This document shows positions 11,534-22,060 of a DNA stretch of 64,000 nt, in pieces. The stretch lies in assembly GCA_018609125.1 (NCBI GenBank), contig JABAYF010000010.1, forward strand, positions 23,477 through 87,476, written 5' to 3'. This DNA is from Candidatus Nanopelagicales bacterium (lineage in GTDB: Bacteria > Actinomycetota > Actinomycetes > S36-B12). Positions within the stretch are counted from its first letter, which is position 1; each line of letters begins with the position of its first letter. The notes beneath the pieces are model-generated. The model did not search any database, had not been told where the DNA came from, and saw only the letters and a list, made by a program, of their open reading frames with translations. Made by a program: the position numbers and the translations under genes.

Positions 11534-14500
11534 GTGGGTATTCGCATGTCTGGGGCTGGTCGCCGTTCGTTGGTGGTGGCCACTGCTGCTCTGGTTGTAC
11601 CTGCCACCCTCGCCCTGCCGGTCGTAGACTTCAGCGGGTTCAGTGCTGCCCTGGGCAACCAGGACCCGGTCACGCCCACGGTGGCAAGCATCGCTTTGGC
11701 CGAGGTGGACCCCGATGGCCTCATCGATTCCCCCGCATCAGGGGATGTCGTGCCCGTCATTGGCGATCCCAACGGCACGGTTCATGACCACACCGACGAT
11801 CACCGTGGCGAAACTGACAGTGCTGACGCTGAGACTGACAGTGCGATCGGGCCGGCCTCGGAAGGTCTTGTTCCTGCCGCGGTAACCGCGCAGACGTCGA
11901 CCGACCCGTTCGGACTGGTGGGAATCACCGCGGCTGATGCCTTTGATCCACAAACCCGGATTGTGATTCGGATCAAGGAGGAGGACGGCTGGAGCGATTG
12001 GGCCCAGCTTCCCCTGAGCGAGCACCGGCCTGATCCGGGCACGGCGGAGGCAGAATCGGTCCGATACGCCACTGAGCCGCTGGCAACCAATGGCGCCGAC
12101 GGGGTTCAGGTCCGCATCGACACCCCTGATGGCCGCGTACCAACAGACACCCAACTCACCATGATCGATAATCCGGTCACCGAACAGGACGGCCGGTTGG
12201 GCACCCGGTCGGTTCCTGTTGATTCGGCCGCTGCAGCGGCAGCAAAACCCACCATCATCACCCGGGCCCAGTGGGGTGCAGATGAGTCGCTGCGACGTGG
12301 GACCACCACCTATGCCGACACCGTCAAGGTGGCCTTCGTGCACCATGTGGTGTCCAGCAATAACTACAGCGAAGGTCAAGCAGCACAGCAGATGCGTAAC
12401 GTCTACTCCTGGTTCACCCAGGGCATTGGCGTGAATGATTTTGGTTACAACTTTGTCGTCGATCGGTTCGGCAATATCTACGAGGGCCGCGCTGGCGGTA
12501 TTGATGCGGCCGTTAACGGTGCCCATACCCAGGGCTTCAATACGCAGACTTTTGCTGTTTCCTTTCTTGGCAACGCCGACACGCTAGACCCATCGCGCTC
12601 TGCGGGTGATCGGATCGTCAATGCCTTTGCCGATCTCATCGCCTGGAAATTTGCTGTTCACCACGTGAATCCCAACGCCACCGCCGTGCTGACATCCTCC
12701 GGCCCCGGCCCGGGTCAGGGTGGCACTTCCATGTACTGGCCCGGCGTCAAGGTTTCCTCACCAACGATTGCCGGCCACGGCGACATCGGCAACACGTCGT
12801 GCCCGGGTGACTTCCTACGCCCCTCCATCCCCAAAATTCGGCAATTGGTGGCCCAGCGCGAAGGAGCGACGTTCTACACCCCATCCGTGTCTGGCTCAGG
12901 CATGTCGTGGGGTTCGGGAAGTTCGATTGTCGTTTCCCCGGATGCCACCGACGCGTCGAACTTCACGATGACGTTGACGTCAGCGTGTGGCGATGTTGTG
13001 CGCACAGTTCGGGAAGATTCCACCGGCTCCGGGCGCGTGGCGCTGAGTTGGAACGGCAAAGATGATCGCGGTCGCAGTGTGCCGCCCGGTCGGTATACCG
13101 CCACGGTCACGGGGAAATCAGGTGGCGAAAGTTTTTATCCGTGGAGCGCCGATGTGCGCATTTCGTCGGGCCCGGGTTCACCTCCAGATCCGTGTTCGCC
13201 ACCGACGGAGTTCACCGTCACCGGCACCGGATACGGGCACGGGGTGGGGTTGTCCCAGTGGGGTGCGCTTGGCCAAGCACAAGAAGGCCGCAGTGCCGAG
13301 CAGATTTTGACCCACTACTTCCCCGGTACACAGGTGCAACCCGTCAGTGAAGACGTCGACCTGCGCATTGGTTTACTGCACCAGGTGAGTTTTGCTCAGG
13401 TGCGCACCGAGGCGATCTCGGGCAGCGGCGGGCTCGAACTGCAACTGGGTAATCGCGTGGCCCCCGGCATTCCCGGTGCGACCTACAATTTCGCCCCGGA
13501 TGGTGCCTACGTCCAAATCAAGGCCAGCGTCAATGGCACACAGACCACCATTGGCCGGGCTAAGAACCTCACCATCCGCTGGTCGGGCACGGCCGATCCC
13601 GGGACCACCGGCACCTCACCCACCCTGCTTAATGTGATCGGTCCGGGGGAGTCCTTCGCCACTCCACGTCATCGCTACCGCTACGGCACAGTGGAGATTT
13701 CCAGCCTGGGCACCTCAGCGGGTAAACGCTTGTCGGTGGTGAACGTGCTGGATATGTCTTCCTATTTGAAGGGCATCGCGGAGGTTCCGGCGAGCTGGCC
13801 GGCGCCTGCCCTGGATGCTCAAACGATTGCATCACGCTCCTATGCCCTGGCTAAATACAACGCCGGTGTTCGCGCTGCTTGTGACTGCCACATGGATGAC
13901 GGCGGCGGTCCTTACTTTGATCAGACGTTCCACGCCTACGCCGTTGAATCTGGCCCGAGTGGCAGCAGGTGGGTTCAATCTGTTCAGCGCACGTCGTCGG
14001 GGACGACCGGGACCGTAGTCACCTATCAGGGCCAACCCATCCCGGCGTTCTACACCGCGGCAACGGGTGGACGCACCCAGTCCAGCTCAGATGTCTGGGG
14101 TGGCGCGGGCTACCCCTGGGCGCGCGGCGTGGATGATCGATGGAGCACCACGGTGACCGGCAACCCCTATAAGTCGTGGTCGGTTACCGCATCGCAGGCG
14201 CGGATGGGTCAGATCTTTGGCGTCTCCGACATCATGACCGTTCAGGTGTCGGCGACCTTGGACTCAGGTGCTGCGGGAACCGTCACCGCCAAAACTTACG
14301 ACGGGCGCTCGTCCTCGGTTTCCGGCACATCGTTCCGGTCAGCGCTCGGGTTGCGGTCTACCTACCTCATCGGTGTCTCATCCGATCAGGGCTCCGGTAG
14401 TGGCGGCACATCGCCGAGCCCGACTCCTGGACCCTCTCAGCCAACCGGCGAGCCTGTGTCGGTCACGCTGCTGAAGCGCCCCACGGGTAAAACCATTGAG

Positions 14501-15121
14501 GGCGGCACCGTGCTGCTCAAGGGGCGCATCAAAACGATGCGCGATGGCTTGATCGTTCAGCGGCAGGTCCGCTGGGGATCTTTTTCCTGGCAGGACCGAG
14601 AACGTCGCACGGCCGACGCTGCGGGGCGTTACACCTTCACCCTTGCTGATATCGGTCCGGTGGGTACCACCTACTACTGGCGCACCCTGATCTTTGATGG
14701 CTCGGAACTGGTGGGCACGAGTCCAGAACGCAAAGCTACGATAAGCGCTCAGTCGAGTAGTTCCGGTGGCTCAAACGGCGGGGATTCTCCTTCGGATTCC
14801 GGGACAACACGGCCTCGCAGCGATGTGTCGGTGTCGTTGGTTAAACGTCCCGGTGGCGAAATCAGCGCCGGTGCCACGGTGACACTGCGCGGGCGAGTTG
14901 CGCCGCTGAAGAGCGGTGCTGTTGTTCAACGTCAAGTGAAGTGGGCCGGCACGTCATGGCTCTCGCGTGAAACGATACAACCTGGCGCCAACGGCAGATT
15001 TAGATTCACGGTGCCCGATGTTGCACCGGCAGGACGTACGTATTCCTGGCGTGTAGTCGTTCTCGAGGGCGGCGAGGTTGTGGCAACAAGTTCGAGCCGT
15101 TCCGCCGCCGTCATCTCCTAG
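11534..15121 (+). CDS. Secreted multidomain peptidoglycan hydrolase: Zn amidase (Amidase_2/PGRP) + FlgD-like Ig + SpoIID/LytB + two C-terminal beta repeats
   Basis: Signal peptide; TRAQWGADE, VHHV, GYNFVVD, GHGD..TSCPG; WNGKDDRG..VPPGRY; GYGHGVGLSQWGA, YLKGIAEVPASWP, QTIASRSYA, FRSALGLRST; repeats VSVTLLKRP.. and VSVSLVKRP.. Confidence 0.85.
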   Translation: MGIRMSGAGRRSLVVATAALVVPATLALPVVDFSGFSAALGNQDPVTPTVASIALAEVDPDGLIDSPASGDVVPVIGDPNGTVHDHTDDHRGETDSADAETDSAIGPASEGLVPAAVTAQTSTDPFGLVGITAADAFDPQTRIVIRIKEEDGWSDWAQLPLSEHRPDPGTAEAESVRYATEPLATNGADGVQVRIDTPDGRVPTDTQLTMIDNPVTEQDGRLGTRSVPVDSAAAAAAKPTIITRAQWGADESLRRGTTTYADTVKVAFVHHVVSSNNYSEGQAAQQMRNVYSWFTQGIGVNDFGYNFVVDRFGNIYEGRAGGIDAAVNGAHTQGFNTQTFAVSFLGNADTLDPSRSAGDRIVNAFADLIAWKFAVHHVNPNATAVLTSSGPGPGQGGTSMYWPGVKVSSPTIAGHGDIGNTSCPGDFLRPSIPKIRQLVAQREGATFYTPSVSGSGMSWGSGSSIVVSPDATDASNFTMTLTSACGDVVRTVREDSTGSGRVALSWNGKDDRGRSVPPGRYTATVTGKSGGESFYPWSADVRISSGPGSPPDPCSPPTEFTVTGTGYGHGVGLSQWGALGQAQEGRSAEQILTHYFPGTQVQPVSEDVDLRIGLLHQVSFAQVRTEAISGSGGLELQLGNRVAPGIPGATYNFAPDGAYVQIKASVNGTQTTIGRAKNLTIRWSGTADPGTTGTSPTLLNVIGPGESFATPRHRYRYGTVEISSLGTSAGKRLSVVNVLDMSSYLKGIAEVPASWPAPALDAQTIASRSYALAKYNAGVRAACDCHMDDGGGPYFDQTFHAYAVESGPSGSRWVQSVQRTSSGTTGTVVTYQGQPIPAFYTAATGGRTQSSSDVWGGAGYPWARGVDDRWSTTVTGNPYKSWSVTASQARMGQIFGVSDIMTVQVSATLDSGAAGTVTAKTYDGRSSSVSGTSFRSALGLRSTYLIGVSSDQGSGSGGTSPSPTPGPSQPTGEPVSVTLLKRPTGKTIEGGTVLLKGRIKTMRDGLIVQRQVRWGSFSWQDRERRTADAAGRYTFTLADIGPVGTTYYWRTLIFDGSELVGTSPERKATISAQSSSSGGSNGGDSPSDSGTTRPRSDVSVSLVKRPGGEISAGATVTLRGRVAPLKSGAVVQRQVKWAGTSWLSRETIQPGANGRFRFTVPDVAPAGRTYSWRVVVLEGGEVVATSSSRSAAVIS

Positions 15122-15132
15122 CCGAACCCACA

Positions 15133-15906
15133 TCATGTGCCGTACGTTGCGGTGATTCCCTCGCTGTTGCGAATGTGATCGACCGCACCGGCATCTTCTC
15201 CCGTATGAGGGTGCATTAGCACCACTGCCGCGTCAGCAATGAGAGGCACTGCGAGAAGCAGCAACCACTGCTCGAGTACATCTGCGGGGTCTGGCGGCGC
15301 AGTCACCAGGAGGCGTCCACCTGCCCTGAGCCCGCACTCCGCAGCGATCCCGCGTGCTTGGGTGGACACCTGGGCGTTGGTCGACGGTTGACGGTTGTAC
15401 CGCAGGGCAATCGCATCATTACCCGGCCAGACATGGGGGGTGAAAAAGTCTGCATGAGCTCGGGCCGCAATCGCGGCGTCGACGGCATGATCAGGCAGCG
15501 GATCGGTTGAGGGTAAACCAAAAGGTGCCAGCGATACCGCGATGATCTCGGAGCCCTGGGCCTCAATCGCGCGGCTGCTATCGATCACGGTCGTGGAATT
15601 CGCATCGAGTGGCCCTAGCTCAGCCACGGCCCCGACCAGGGACAGCGCCGCGCACCAGATGGAGGACTGCCAGTGCCGAGGCAGATCGACGTTCACGTAA
15701 TCCCCGGGCTGTATGTCGAGTTCATCACGCAGCAGCCCCGCGGCTTTGGCGGCACCGTTGGCCACGCTGGCGGCAGATAATTCCATGCGCCCAGCGTCTT
15801 GATCGAGATAGGTAACCAACGGGCGACCAGGATCGCTGCGAGTGCGATCAACAAGTTGCCGAGCGATCGAATCGCCCGCGGTGTGAGGTGGCGCCATCCA
15901 GGTCAT
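15133..15906 (-). CDS. TIGR03089-family protein (truncated AMP-binding-like)
   Basis: DPGRPLVTY..RMELS..NGAAKAAGLL..LPRHWQ; usual neighbour of LCP/amidase genes; ATG 15906 chosen. Confidence 0.8.
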   Translation of the reverse strand: MTWMAPPHTAGDSIARQLVDRTRSDPGRPLVTYLDQDAGRMELSAASVANGAAKAAGLLRDELDIQPGDYVNVDLPRHWQSSIWCAALSLVGAVAELGPLDANSTTVIDSSRAIEAQGSEIIAVSLAPFGLPSTDPLPDHAVDAAIAARAHADFFTPHVWPGNDAIALRYNRQPSTNAQVSTQARGIAAECGLRAGGRLLVTAPPDPADVLEQWLLLLAVPLIADAAVVLMHPHTGEDAGAVDHIRNSEGITATYGT

Positions 15907-15964
15907 GGCTAAGACGTTAGGGCACCGACCCCGGCCCCGGCACAATCGTCCTAGACTCTCTGAC

Positions 15965-16267
15965 ATGAGCGCACCCATTGACCCGCTCGACCCGCTGCCC
16001 AGTATCGAAGGCGGCGGCAGCACGCTGCTGGATGAGCGACGGACCTCCACCGACGACGGCGATCATGAACGTTTCGCCCACTACGTAAAGAAAGACAAGA
16101 TCTTAGAAAGCGCGGTGTCCGGTCAGCCCGTGCGCGCGCTGTGCGGCAAAAAATGGGTGCCCGGCCGAGACCCGTCGCGGTTTCCGGTGTGCCCGGATTG
16201 TCAGCAGATTTACCAGGGGCTACCGCCGGGGGGAAGCAGTGGCAGTGGCAGTGGCGGCTCGAACTGA
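15965..16267 (+). CDS. DUF3039 protein
   Basis: GDHERFAHYV, ALCGKKWVP, PVCPDC; ATG 7 nt after TAGACT. Confidence 0.9.
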   Translation: MSAPIDPLDPLPSIEGGGSTLLDERRTSTDDGDHERFAHYVKKDKILESAVSGQPVRALCGKKWVPGRDPSRFPVCPDCQQIYQGLPPGGSSGSGSGGSN

Positions 16268-17643
16268 ACGTAGCTAGCCGCGGCGGCATCTTTGCTGCTT
16301 CGCACCGATCCACCACCATCGGAATCATCGTCGCCATGACCCTGGTGGCATTCGAGGGGATCGCCGTCGCCACGGTCATGCCGGTAGTGGGCCGTGAACT
16401 CAATGGCCTTCAGATCTATTCGTGGGCGTTCTCCGCCTATGTTGGCGCCTCCCTGGTGGGCATGGTGAGTTCTGGCGTGTGGTCTGACCGCATCGGCCCC
16501 CGTCACCCCTTTGTGTTGGGCGCCATCATTTTTGGCACCGGAGCCTTGCTATCGGGTAGCGCCCCAACGATGGGGTGGCTCATCGTTGGCCGCGGTATCC
16601 AGGGACTCGGCGGCGGTGCTTTAATCGTCGCGCTTTACGTCGTTATTGGGCGCGGCTATGACGAACGTTTGCGCCCCAAGGCTTTTTCAGTGCTTTCGGC
16701 CGCCTGGGTGATTCCTGCACTCGTAGGCCCCGTGGTGGCCGGCTGGCTCACCGAGGTCGCCACATGGCGATGGGCTTTCTGGCTGGTACCCGTTGTCATC
16801 ATTTGGCCACTGGTGGCCCTGCGTCCAGCCCTGATCAGTCATTCAGGGGGAACCGGTGAGCGAGGGCGCAGCAGCAGACCCTGGTGGGCGCTCACCGCAG
16901 CGGTGGGTTTGACTGGAATTCAGGTGGGTCTGGTGCGACCAGCTGGTGTGTCACCGTGGCTAGCGCTCATCGCGGGGGTTGTTGGTTTCGGTCTACTCCT
17001 TCCGGCTGCGCGGATCCTGCTTCCTGCAGGTGCGCTGCGGTTGGCTCGCGGATTACCCACCACGGTGGTCATGCGGGGGATTCTCGCGGGCACGTTTTTC
17101 GCATCCGAGGCGTTTCTACCGCTCGCCCTGGTGCAATTGCGGGGTGTTTCGGTGACGTGGGCTGGCTTGACCCTCGCGGTGGCATCAGCGGGCTGGATCG
17201 CCGGATCAGCGTGGCAGAGCCGGTTGCCTGGTGAGGTTGACCGCGCTCGAGCGGTGCAGTTGGGCACGTCGTTGGTGGCTGTGGGTCTGGCTACGTTGCC
17301 GCTATGTCTGATACCGGCGCTACCGGTGTGGACCTGCGTGGGCTCATGGCTCATCGGAGCGCTGGGCATGGGGTTATGTTTCCCGTCGATCAATGTTCAA
17401 ACCCTGCGGTTGTCTGCTAAAGCTAATCAGGGGCGCAACTCCTCCGGACTGCAAATCAGCGACGCGATCTTCACCGCGGTGGGACTCGGCGTAGCCGGAG
17501 CGATTCACTCGGCAGGAGTGGTCGGAGGCGGTGCTGATCGCACGACCTACACCGTGATGTGGCTGATCGCTGCCGTGATCGCAGGTATCGCCGCGCTTGT
17601 GGTGGCTCGACGAATTACCCCTGTGGTGCAAGACCAGGGGTGA
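16264..17643 (+). CDS. MFS transporter
   Basis: LVAFEGIAVATVMP, WSDRIGPR, GRGIQGLGGG; many TM helices; start approximate. Confidence 0.88.
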   Translation: MNVASRGGIFAASHRSTTIGIIVAMTLVAFEGIAVATVMPVVGRELNGLQIYSWAFSAYVGASLVGMVSSGVWSDRIGPRHPFVLGAIIFGTGALLSGSAPTMGWLIVGRGIQGLGGGALIVALYVVIGRGYDERLRPKAFSVLSAAWVIPALVGPVVAGWLTEVATWRWAFWLVPVVIIWPLVALRPALISHSGGTGERGRSSRPWWALTAAVGLTGIQVGLVRPAGVSPWLALIAGVVGFGLLLPAARILLPAGALRLARGLPTTVVMRGILAGTFFASEAFLPLALVQLRGVSVTWAGLTLAVASAGWIAGSAWQSRLPGEVDRARAVQLGTSLVAVGLATLPLCLIPALPVWTCVGSWLIGALGMGLCFPSINVQTLRLSAKANQGRNSSGLQISDAIFTAVGLGVAGAIHSAGVVGGGADRTTYTVMWLIAAVIAGIAALVVARRITPVVQDQG

Positions 17644-17771
17644 AAGGGCATAACTTGCAAGGGCTCTTGGTTGCGCGGATTTCCAGCACCTGGGGTCTAG
17701 GCTGGCCTCGCTAGTCACCCGGCAACGGTCACGACATTGATCTCGCCACTATCGCATTCTTGGAGGAACAT

Positions 17772-18404
17772 ATGTCCGGTAACGACTCATCAACGCGGTC
17801 TGCAGAGTCGGCCTACGCCAATCCGCTAGGAAATCTCAGCGCGGCCGATCAAAAAATTCTGATCCGAGCCATCGGTCAAAACTGGTGGGTCCTACTCGGC
17901 TTGGGCTTGGTCAGTGCGGTGGTGGGCGTCCTGCTCATGTTCCGGCCCGCTGGCTCCACCTGGGTCCTGGCTGTCATCTTGGCCGTGTATCTGATTTTGT
18001 CCGGCATCTTCAGCATCGTGCGTGGCTTTGCCACCGGGCTTACCGGTGGCATGCGCGCCATCTTGATCATCGGTGGCGCCATCGGCGTGTTCCTCGGACT
18101 GCTCATGTTCCGATTTGGTCCCGACGAAAAGATCGAGATCCTCGGCATCTTCTTGGGCGTGTGGTTCCTCTTCGCCGCCATCGAGTCGCTGTTCACCGCG
18201 GCGGCCATTACCGATGGTCGCGGCTGGCAGATTTTCAACGGAATCATCTACCTGCTTGCCGGAATTGTGCTGTTGGCCGCGCCCTACGCCATCGAGGTGT
18301 TTGTCTGGGTCGCGGGAATCTGGCTCGTTGTCATCGGGTTGTTCCAGATCATCACCGCTTTCCGATTGAAGGCAGCTGCTGCAAAAGCTGCCGCCGCCCT
18401 GTAG
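17772..18404 (+). CDS. HdeD/DUF308 membrane protein
   Basis: WWVLLGLG.. six-TM repeat pattern; GGAGG RBS before ATG 17772. Confidence 0.82.
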   Translation: MSGNDSSTRSAESAYANPLGNLSAADQKILIRAIGQNWWVLLGLGLVSAVVGVLLMFRPAGSTWVLAVILAVYLILSGIFSIVRGFATGLTGGMRAILIIGGAIGVFLGLLMFRFGPDEKIEILGIFLGVWFLFAAIESLFTAAAITDGRGWQIFNGIIYLLAGIVLLAAPYAIEVFVWVAGIWLVVIGLFQIITAFRLKAAAAKAAAAL

Positions 18405-18435
18405 ATAGCCCCACCGATTCCGTCACGCGGGCGAC

Positions 18436-19086
18436 ATGCCAGCTGAAAAGTCCCAGACCCTTGATCGTGGTCTGTATGTCCTTGAACTCCTGGCCAGCAC
18501 CCCCGAGGGACTGACGGTGACCGAAATCGCGGCCACCTTGTCCATGGGGAGAACTGTGGTGTACCGGCTCGTGGTCACCCTGGAGGGCCACGGGCTGGTG
18601 CGTCGCTCGGCCGATGGTCGGGCTCGGTTGGGCCTGGCCGTGTTGAGTCTGGCTCACCAAGCTCAACCACTGTTGCGTGAAATTTCCGGTCCGCTTATTC
18701 GCGCGCTTGCAGATGCCACGTCGGCCACCGCATATGTGGGCGTGGTAGACGGGTCAGATTTACTCACCATTGCCGGAGCGGAGCCAGCGGGCGCCGACGT
18801 GCATGTGGCTTACCAAATCGGTGCGCGCACCCCCTTGGAACGGGGCGCAGCCGGTCGAGCCATTCTTGCTGCCCGCACCACCGGCGGGCGGGCACTAGAG
18901 CCACCCTGGGTGGTTTCTACCGGGGATGCGCCAAGTTTTGGGTTCGGGGTGGCCGCGGTCATCCCCGGGGTGAGCGGGCTCGAGGCGGTGGTCGGGGTCA
19001 TCGCGCTGGTTGAACCCCATGAGCAAACCCTGGGCCCTCAGGTGGCCCAGACAGCCCAGGAAATCTCAAGGGTGTTGCTGGAATAG
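18436..19086 (+). CDS. IclR-family transcriptional regulator
   Basis: SQTLDRGL..LELLA, RTVVYRLVVTL, GAAGRAILA. Confidence 0.9.
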   Translation: MPAEKSQTLDRGLYVLELLASTPEGLTVTEIAATLSMGRTVVYRLVVTLEGHGLVRRSADGRARLGLAVLSLAHQAQPLLREISGPLIRALADATSATAYVGVVDGSDLLTIAGAEPAGADVHVAYQIGARTPLERGAAGRAILAARTTGGRALEPPWVVSTGDAPSFGFGVAAVIPGVSGLEAVVGVIALVEPHEQTLGPQVAQTAQEISRVLLE

Positions 19087-19230
19087 CGCTCAACCCGCAA
19101 GATTTCCTCTAGTTCTCGTCGTAGCGCAGCCATGATGAACCAGAAACACTGCGTCCGCGTCGTACGGTGTAGGTATGGCGCCTTACCGGCGTGAGGGGAC
19201 CGTTGCTGAACAACTCGAAGGGGACAACAC

Positions 19231-21093
19231 GTGCGACTGCGTGCACTCACGGCAGCCTGTTTGATGACCGGCGCGGCAGTGATCGCCGGTGTGCTCACCG
19301 GTGCCCCCGCTGGAGCCGCCGATATAGCTCCAAAGCAACTGGTGACCGGCTGGTTTGGCTACTGGGCCTCCGACGCCCAGGTGCGCGAGATGGCGGAGAA
19401 ATCTGATGGGGTTGTCGACGAGGTCAGCATGTTTTGGTGGGCCTTCAACGGGGCGGATGAGCCCCTATGTACCTACGACAAGTCCGATCTAGATGGCGAT
19501 GGATTGACCGGTGAATGCCAGGCGGCCTCGTCCACCCCTTGGACGAACACGGGGTTCGCTCGCCAACGAGATATTTTGCAAAATGCTGACATTCGAATCC
19601 AGGCATCCATCACCGACCTTTCTTCATCTCGAGCCGGTCAATTATCTGAATACTTAAGCACCAAAAAGAACCGAACCGCCTATGCCCGCCAGATTGCCAG
19701 CTGGGCCACAAACGCCGGGGTCGACGGAGTCGACTTGGACATGGAGAACTTTGCCTTTAACGACGACCGCGACACCTGGGCGGTAACCAAGGATCGTTGG
19801 GTGAAATTTATCGATGTCCTGGGCGAAACCCTGCGCCAAAACGGACTTACCCTTTCGGCTACGGTTCCCGGTGGCTGGGCCACCTCGAGTCCTAGTACGG
19901 GCTACTGGGTGTACGCCTGGGACGAGATCATTGACGATATCGATCGCCTCATCATCATGGCCTATGACTACAGCTGGAATATCCCCGGAGCGATCGGTCC
20001 CAACGACTGGGCCGAACGGGTGGTGCAGCGAGCGATTACCGATGTGGGCGAGGCCAATGCGCCCAAGATTTGGATCGGGACTCCCCAGTATGGCCGCAAC
20101 TGGATCCGAGTGGCTGATGGCAAGCCGGTGACGGTCGGTAACTGCCCCAATTCGTGGACGCCTGACGCAAGCCAGACCCGCATCACCGTTACCCCCGCGT
20201 CGGCACTTGACGTTGCAGCGCGCGAAGGGGTCGAGCCGACCTGGAACCCGACCCAGGGTGAGTGGAGTTTCCGATATAACCGCAAGACGGCCGGAACCGC
20301 TAACGGCAAGGGCCGGGAATGCACCGTGCAGCGCGAGGTGTGGTTTGCCGATACTCGATCCGCACTCGCCCGGGCAACACTGGTGCCCAACAATGGCATC
20401 GGCGGGATCGCCGTGTGGAACTTCGGCAATGTTCAATCCGATTTTTATCCCCGGCTGGCCGAGTATGGGCGAAAAATCGCACCCGCCCCGCTCGACCTTT
20501 CGGTGTCGGTCAATAAGCGCACCACCTATGGCGGTAAGACGAAGATCACCATTAAGGCTGGCTCAGCCAAGGGGGCACCGGCCGGTGCCAAGGTGACTAT
20601 CCGATGGGCCCCGGGCACGACGAAAGACCAGACTGCTCAGCAGGCCGGGGCCAGCATCGTGGATACCACCACCCTAGGTGACGCTGGACAGGTCACGCTG
20701 CGTATTCCCGTGACGGAGACCGGACGCTTCTGGGTAGATGTCGCTGCTACCTCACAGACGGCTTCAAAGCAGTCCGGTGCCAACGTCAACCGGGTCACCT
20801 GGCGGATCACCAAGGATGTCAAGACGGTCACGACACAGGTCCGCCAACCGGTGCAACTCTCCGCGCAGGTGACACCGGGAAGCAAGGACGTCAACGTTCG
20901 GCTCCAGCGTCAAGGCGCGGACAGGAAGTGGAAGACGGTGAAGACTGTGGCCACCGACGCCCAGGGAGTCGTGCAAACCCGGATAAGTGCGACGAAACCC
21001 AAAGAGCTTCGCGTGCGCTTCGTTGCCGTGAGCAGTCAGGGATTCGCCAGTGGTCGCACCGCTGCCATCACGGTCAACGTCGTGAAGGGCTAG
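19231..21093 (+). CDS. Secreted GH18 glycoside hydrolase with C-terminal Ig-like domains
   Basis: Signal peptide; DGVDLDMEN (DxxDxDxE), IMAYDYSW, GTPQYG, GGIAVW. Confidence 0.85.
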   Translation: MRLRALTAACLMTGAAVIAGVLTGAPAGAADIAPKQLVTGWFGYWASDAQVREMAEKSDGVVDEVSMFWWAFNGADEPLCTYDKSDLDGDGLTGECQAASSTPWTNTGFARQRDILQNADIRIQASITDLSSSRAGQLSEYLSTKKNRTAYARQIASWATNAGVDGVDLDMENFAFNDDRDTWAVTKDRWVKFIDVLGETLRQNGLTLSATVPGGWATSSPSTGYWVYAWDEIIDDIDRLIIMAYDYSWNIPGAIGPNDWAERVVQRAITDVGEANAPKIWIGTPQYGRNWIRVADGKPVTVGNCPNSWTPDASQTRITVTPASALDVAAREGVEPTWNPTQGEWSFRYNRKTAGTANGKGRECTVQREVWFADTRSALARATLVPNNGIGGIAVWNFGNVQSDFYPRLAEYGRKIAPAPLDLSVSVNKRTTYGGKTKITIKAGSAKGAPAGAKVTIRWAPGTTKDQTAQQAGASIVDTTTLGDAGQVTLRIPVTETGRFWVDVAATSQTASKQSGANVNRVTWRITKDVKTVTTQVRQPVQLSAQVTPGSKDVNVRLQRQGADRKWKTVKTVATDAQGVVQTRISATKPKELRVRFVAVSSQGFASGRTAAITVNVVKG

Positions 21094-21115
21094 TTGACGC
21101 CATAGGCTGGGATCA

Positions 21116-21424
21116 ATGCCTGCTGTTGTAACCGCCCCGACCGAACTTGACCTGCCGGCCGTCGATGGCCTTGTGTGGGTGGATCATCCATGGATCACCA
21201 TCGTGTGGAATGACCCGATCAACCTGATGAGCTATGTCACCCATGTCCTGATGTCGTATTTTTCCTATTCCCGGCCTGCTGCGGAGCGACTAATGCTGCA
21301 GGTGCACCAGGAAGGTCGAGCGGTGGTGTCTACCGGAACGCGGGAGGAAATGGAGCGCGATGTTGCCGCAATGCATTCCTACGGTCTGTGGGCAACCCTG
21401 GCTAAAGATGGCTCCGAAGGGTGA
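21116..21424 (+). CDS. clpS: Clp protease adaptor ClpS
   Basis: [35 protein letters not shown]. Confidence 0.95.
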   Translation: MPAVVTAPTELDLPAVDGLVWVDHPWITIVWNDPINLMSYVTHVLMSYFSYSRPAAERLMLQVHQEGRAVVSTGTREEMERDVAAMHSYGLWATLAKDGSEG

Positions 21425-21434
21425 GGACTCCTCC

Positions 21435-22022
21435 GTGAGTGACTTCGACAGCGATGCCCCGCTTGAATATGACCCCGCACATGGGTTTATCCGCACGGCC
21501 ACCGGCCGCATCGTGTTGCGGGTGGATGAATTGGAGCGAGGCCTGCTGTCGAGCCTTTTCACCCAGATTATTGACCTGCTTGACCCTGTGCCAGCAGACC
21601 AACTGGATCCGCTGGCACAGATGGTGGGAATTGCCGAAAGCGCACAGCGCCCTGACGATGCTGCCCTGGCCCGATTGTTACCCGATGCCTATCCCGACGA
21701 TGACGCAGCATCGGTGGATTTTCGCCGCTATACCGAGCGCGATCTTCGGGACGGAAAAGTCGCCCGTGCCCGCATTGCCCTGGACATGTTGGCCGCGACG
21801 GGACCAAAGATAACGCTGACTGAAGATCAAGCCGAAGCATGGATGCTGGCGATCAATGATGTTCGTCTTGCCCTAGGTACTCGTCTGGGAATCGAGGAAG
21901 AAAACCATGAGGCCCTTGTGCGCCGGGCTGAGACCGACCCGAGTGCATCAGCGATTCATGTGTACGACTGGCTCACCTACCTGGCAGAAACACTGGTGCG
22001 CTGCCTTCAATCCGAGGATTGA
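21435..22022 (+). CDS. DUF2017 protein
   Basis: LARLLPDAY, FRRYTE, WMLAINDVRLALG, YDWLT; usual clpS neighbour. Confidence 0.9.
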   Translation: MSDFDSDAPLEYDPAHGFIRTATGRIVLRVDELERGLLSSLFTQIIDLLDPVPADQLDPLAQMVGIAESAQRPDDAALARLLPDAYPDDDAASVDFRRYTERDLRDGKVARARIALDMLAATGPKITLTEDQAEAWMLAINDVRLALGTRLGIEEENHEALVRRAETDPSASAIHVYDWLTYLAETLVRCLQSED

Positions 22023-22060
22023 CGACAGCGCACCAATGTGGTTGTGCGTGAAGTAATTGC

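Noticed and set aside
16232-16260. GGCAGT tandem repeat as a phase-variation tract
   Set aside because: Short in-frame hexamer repeat encoding a Gly/Ser tail
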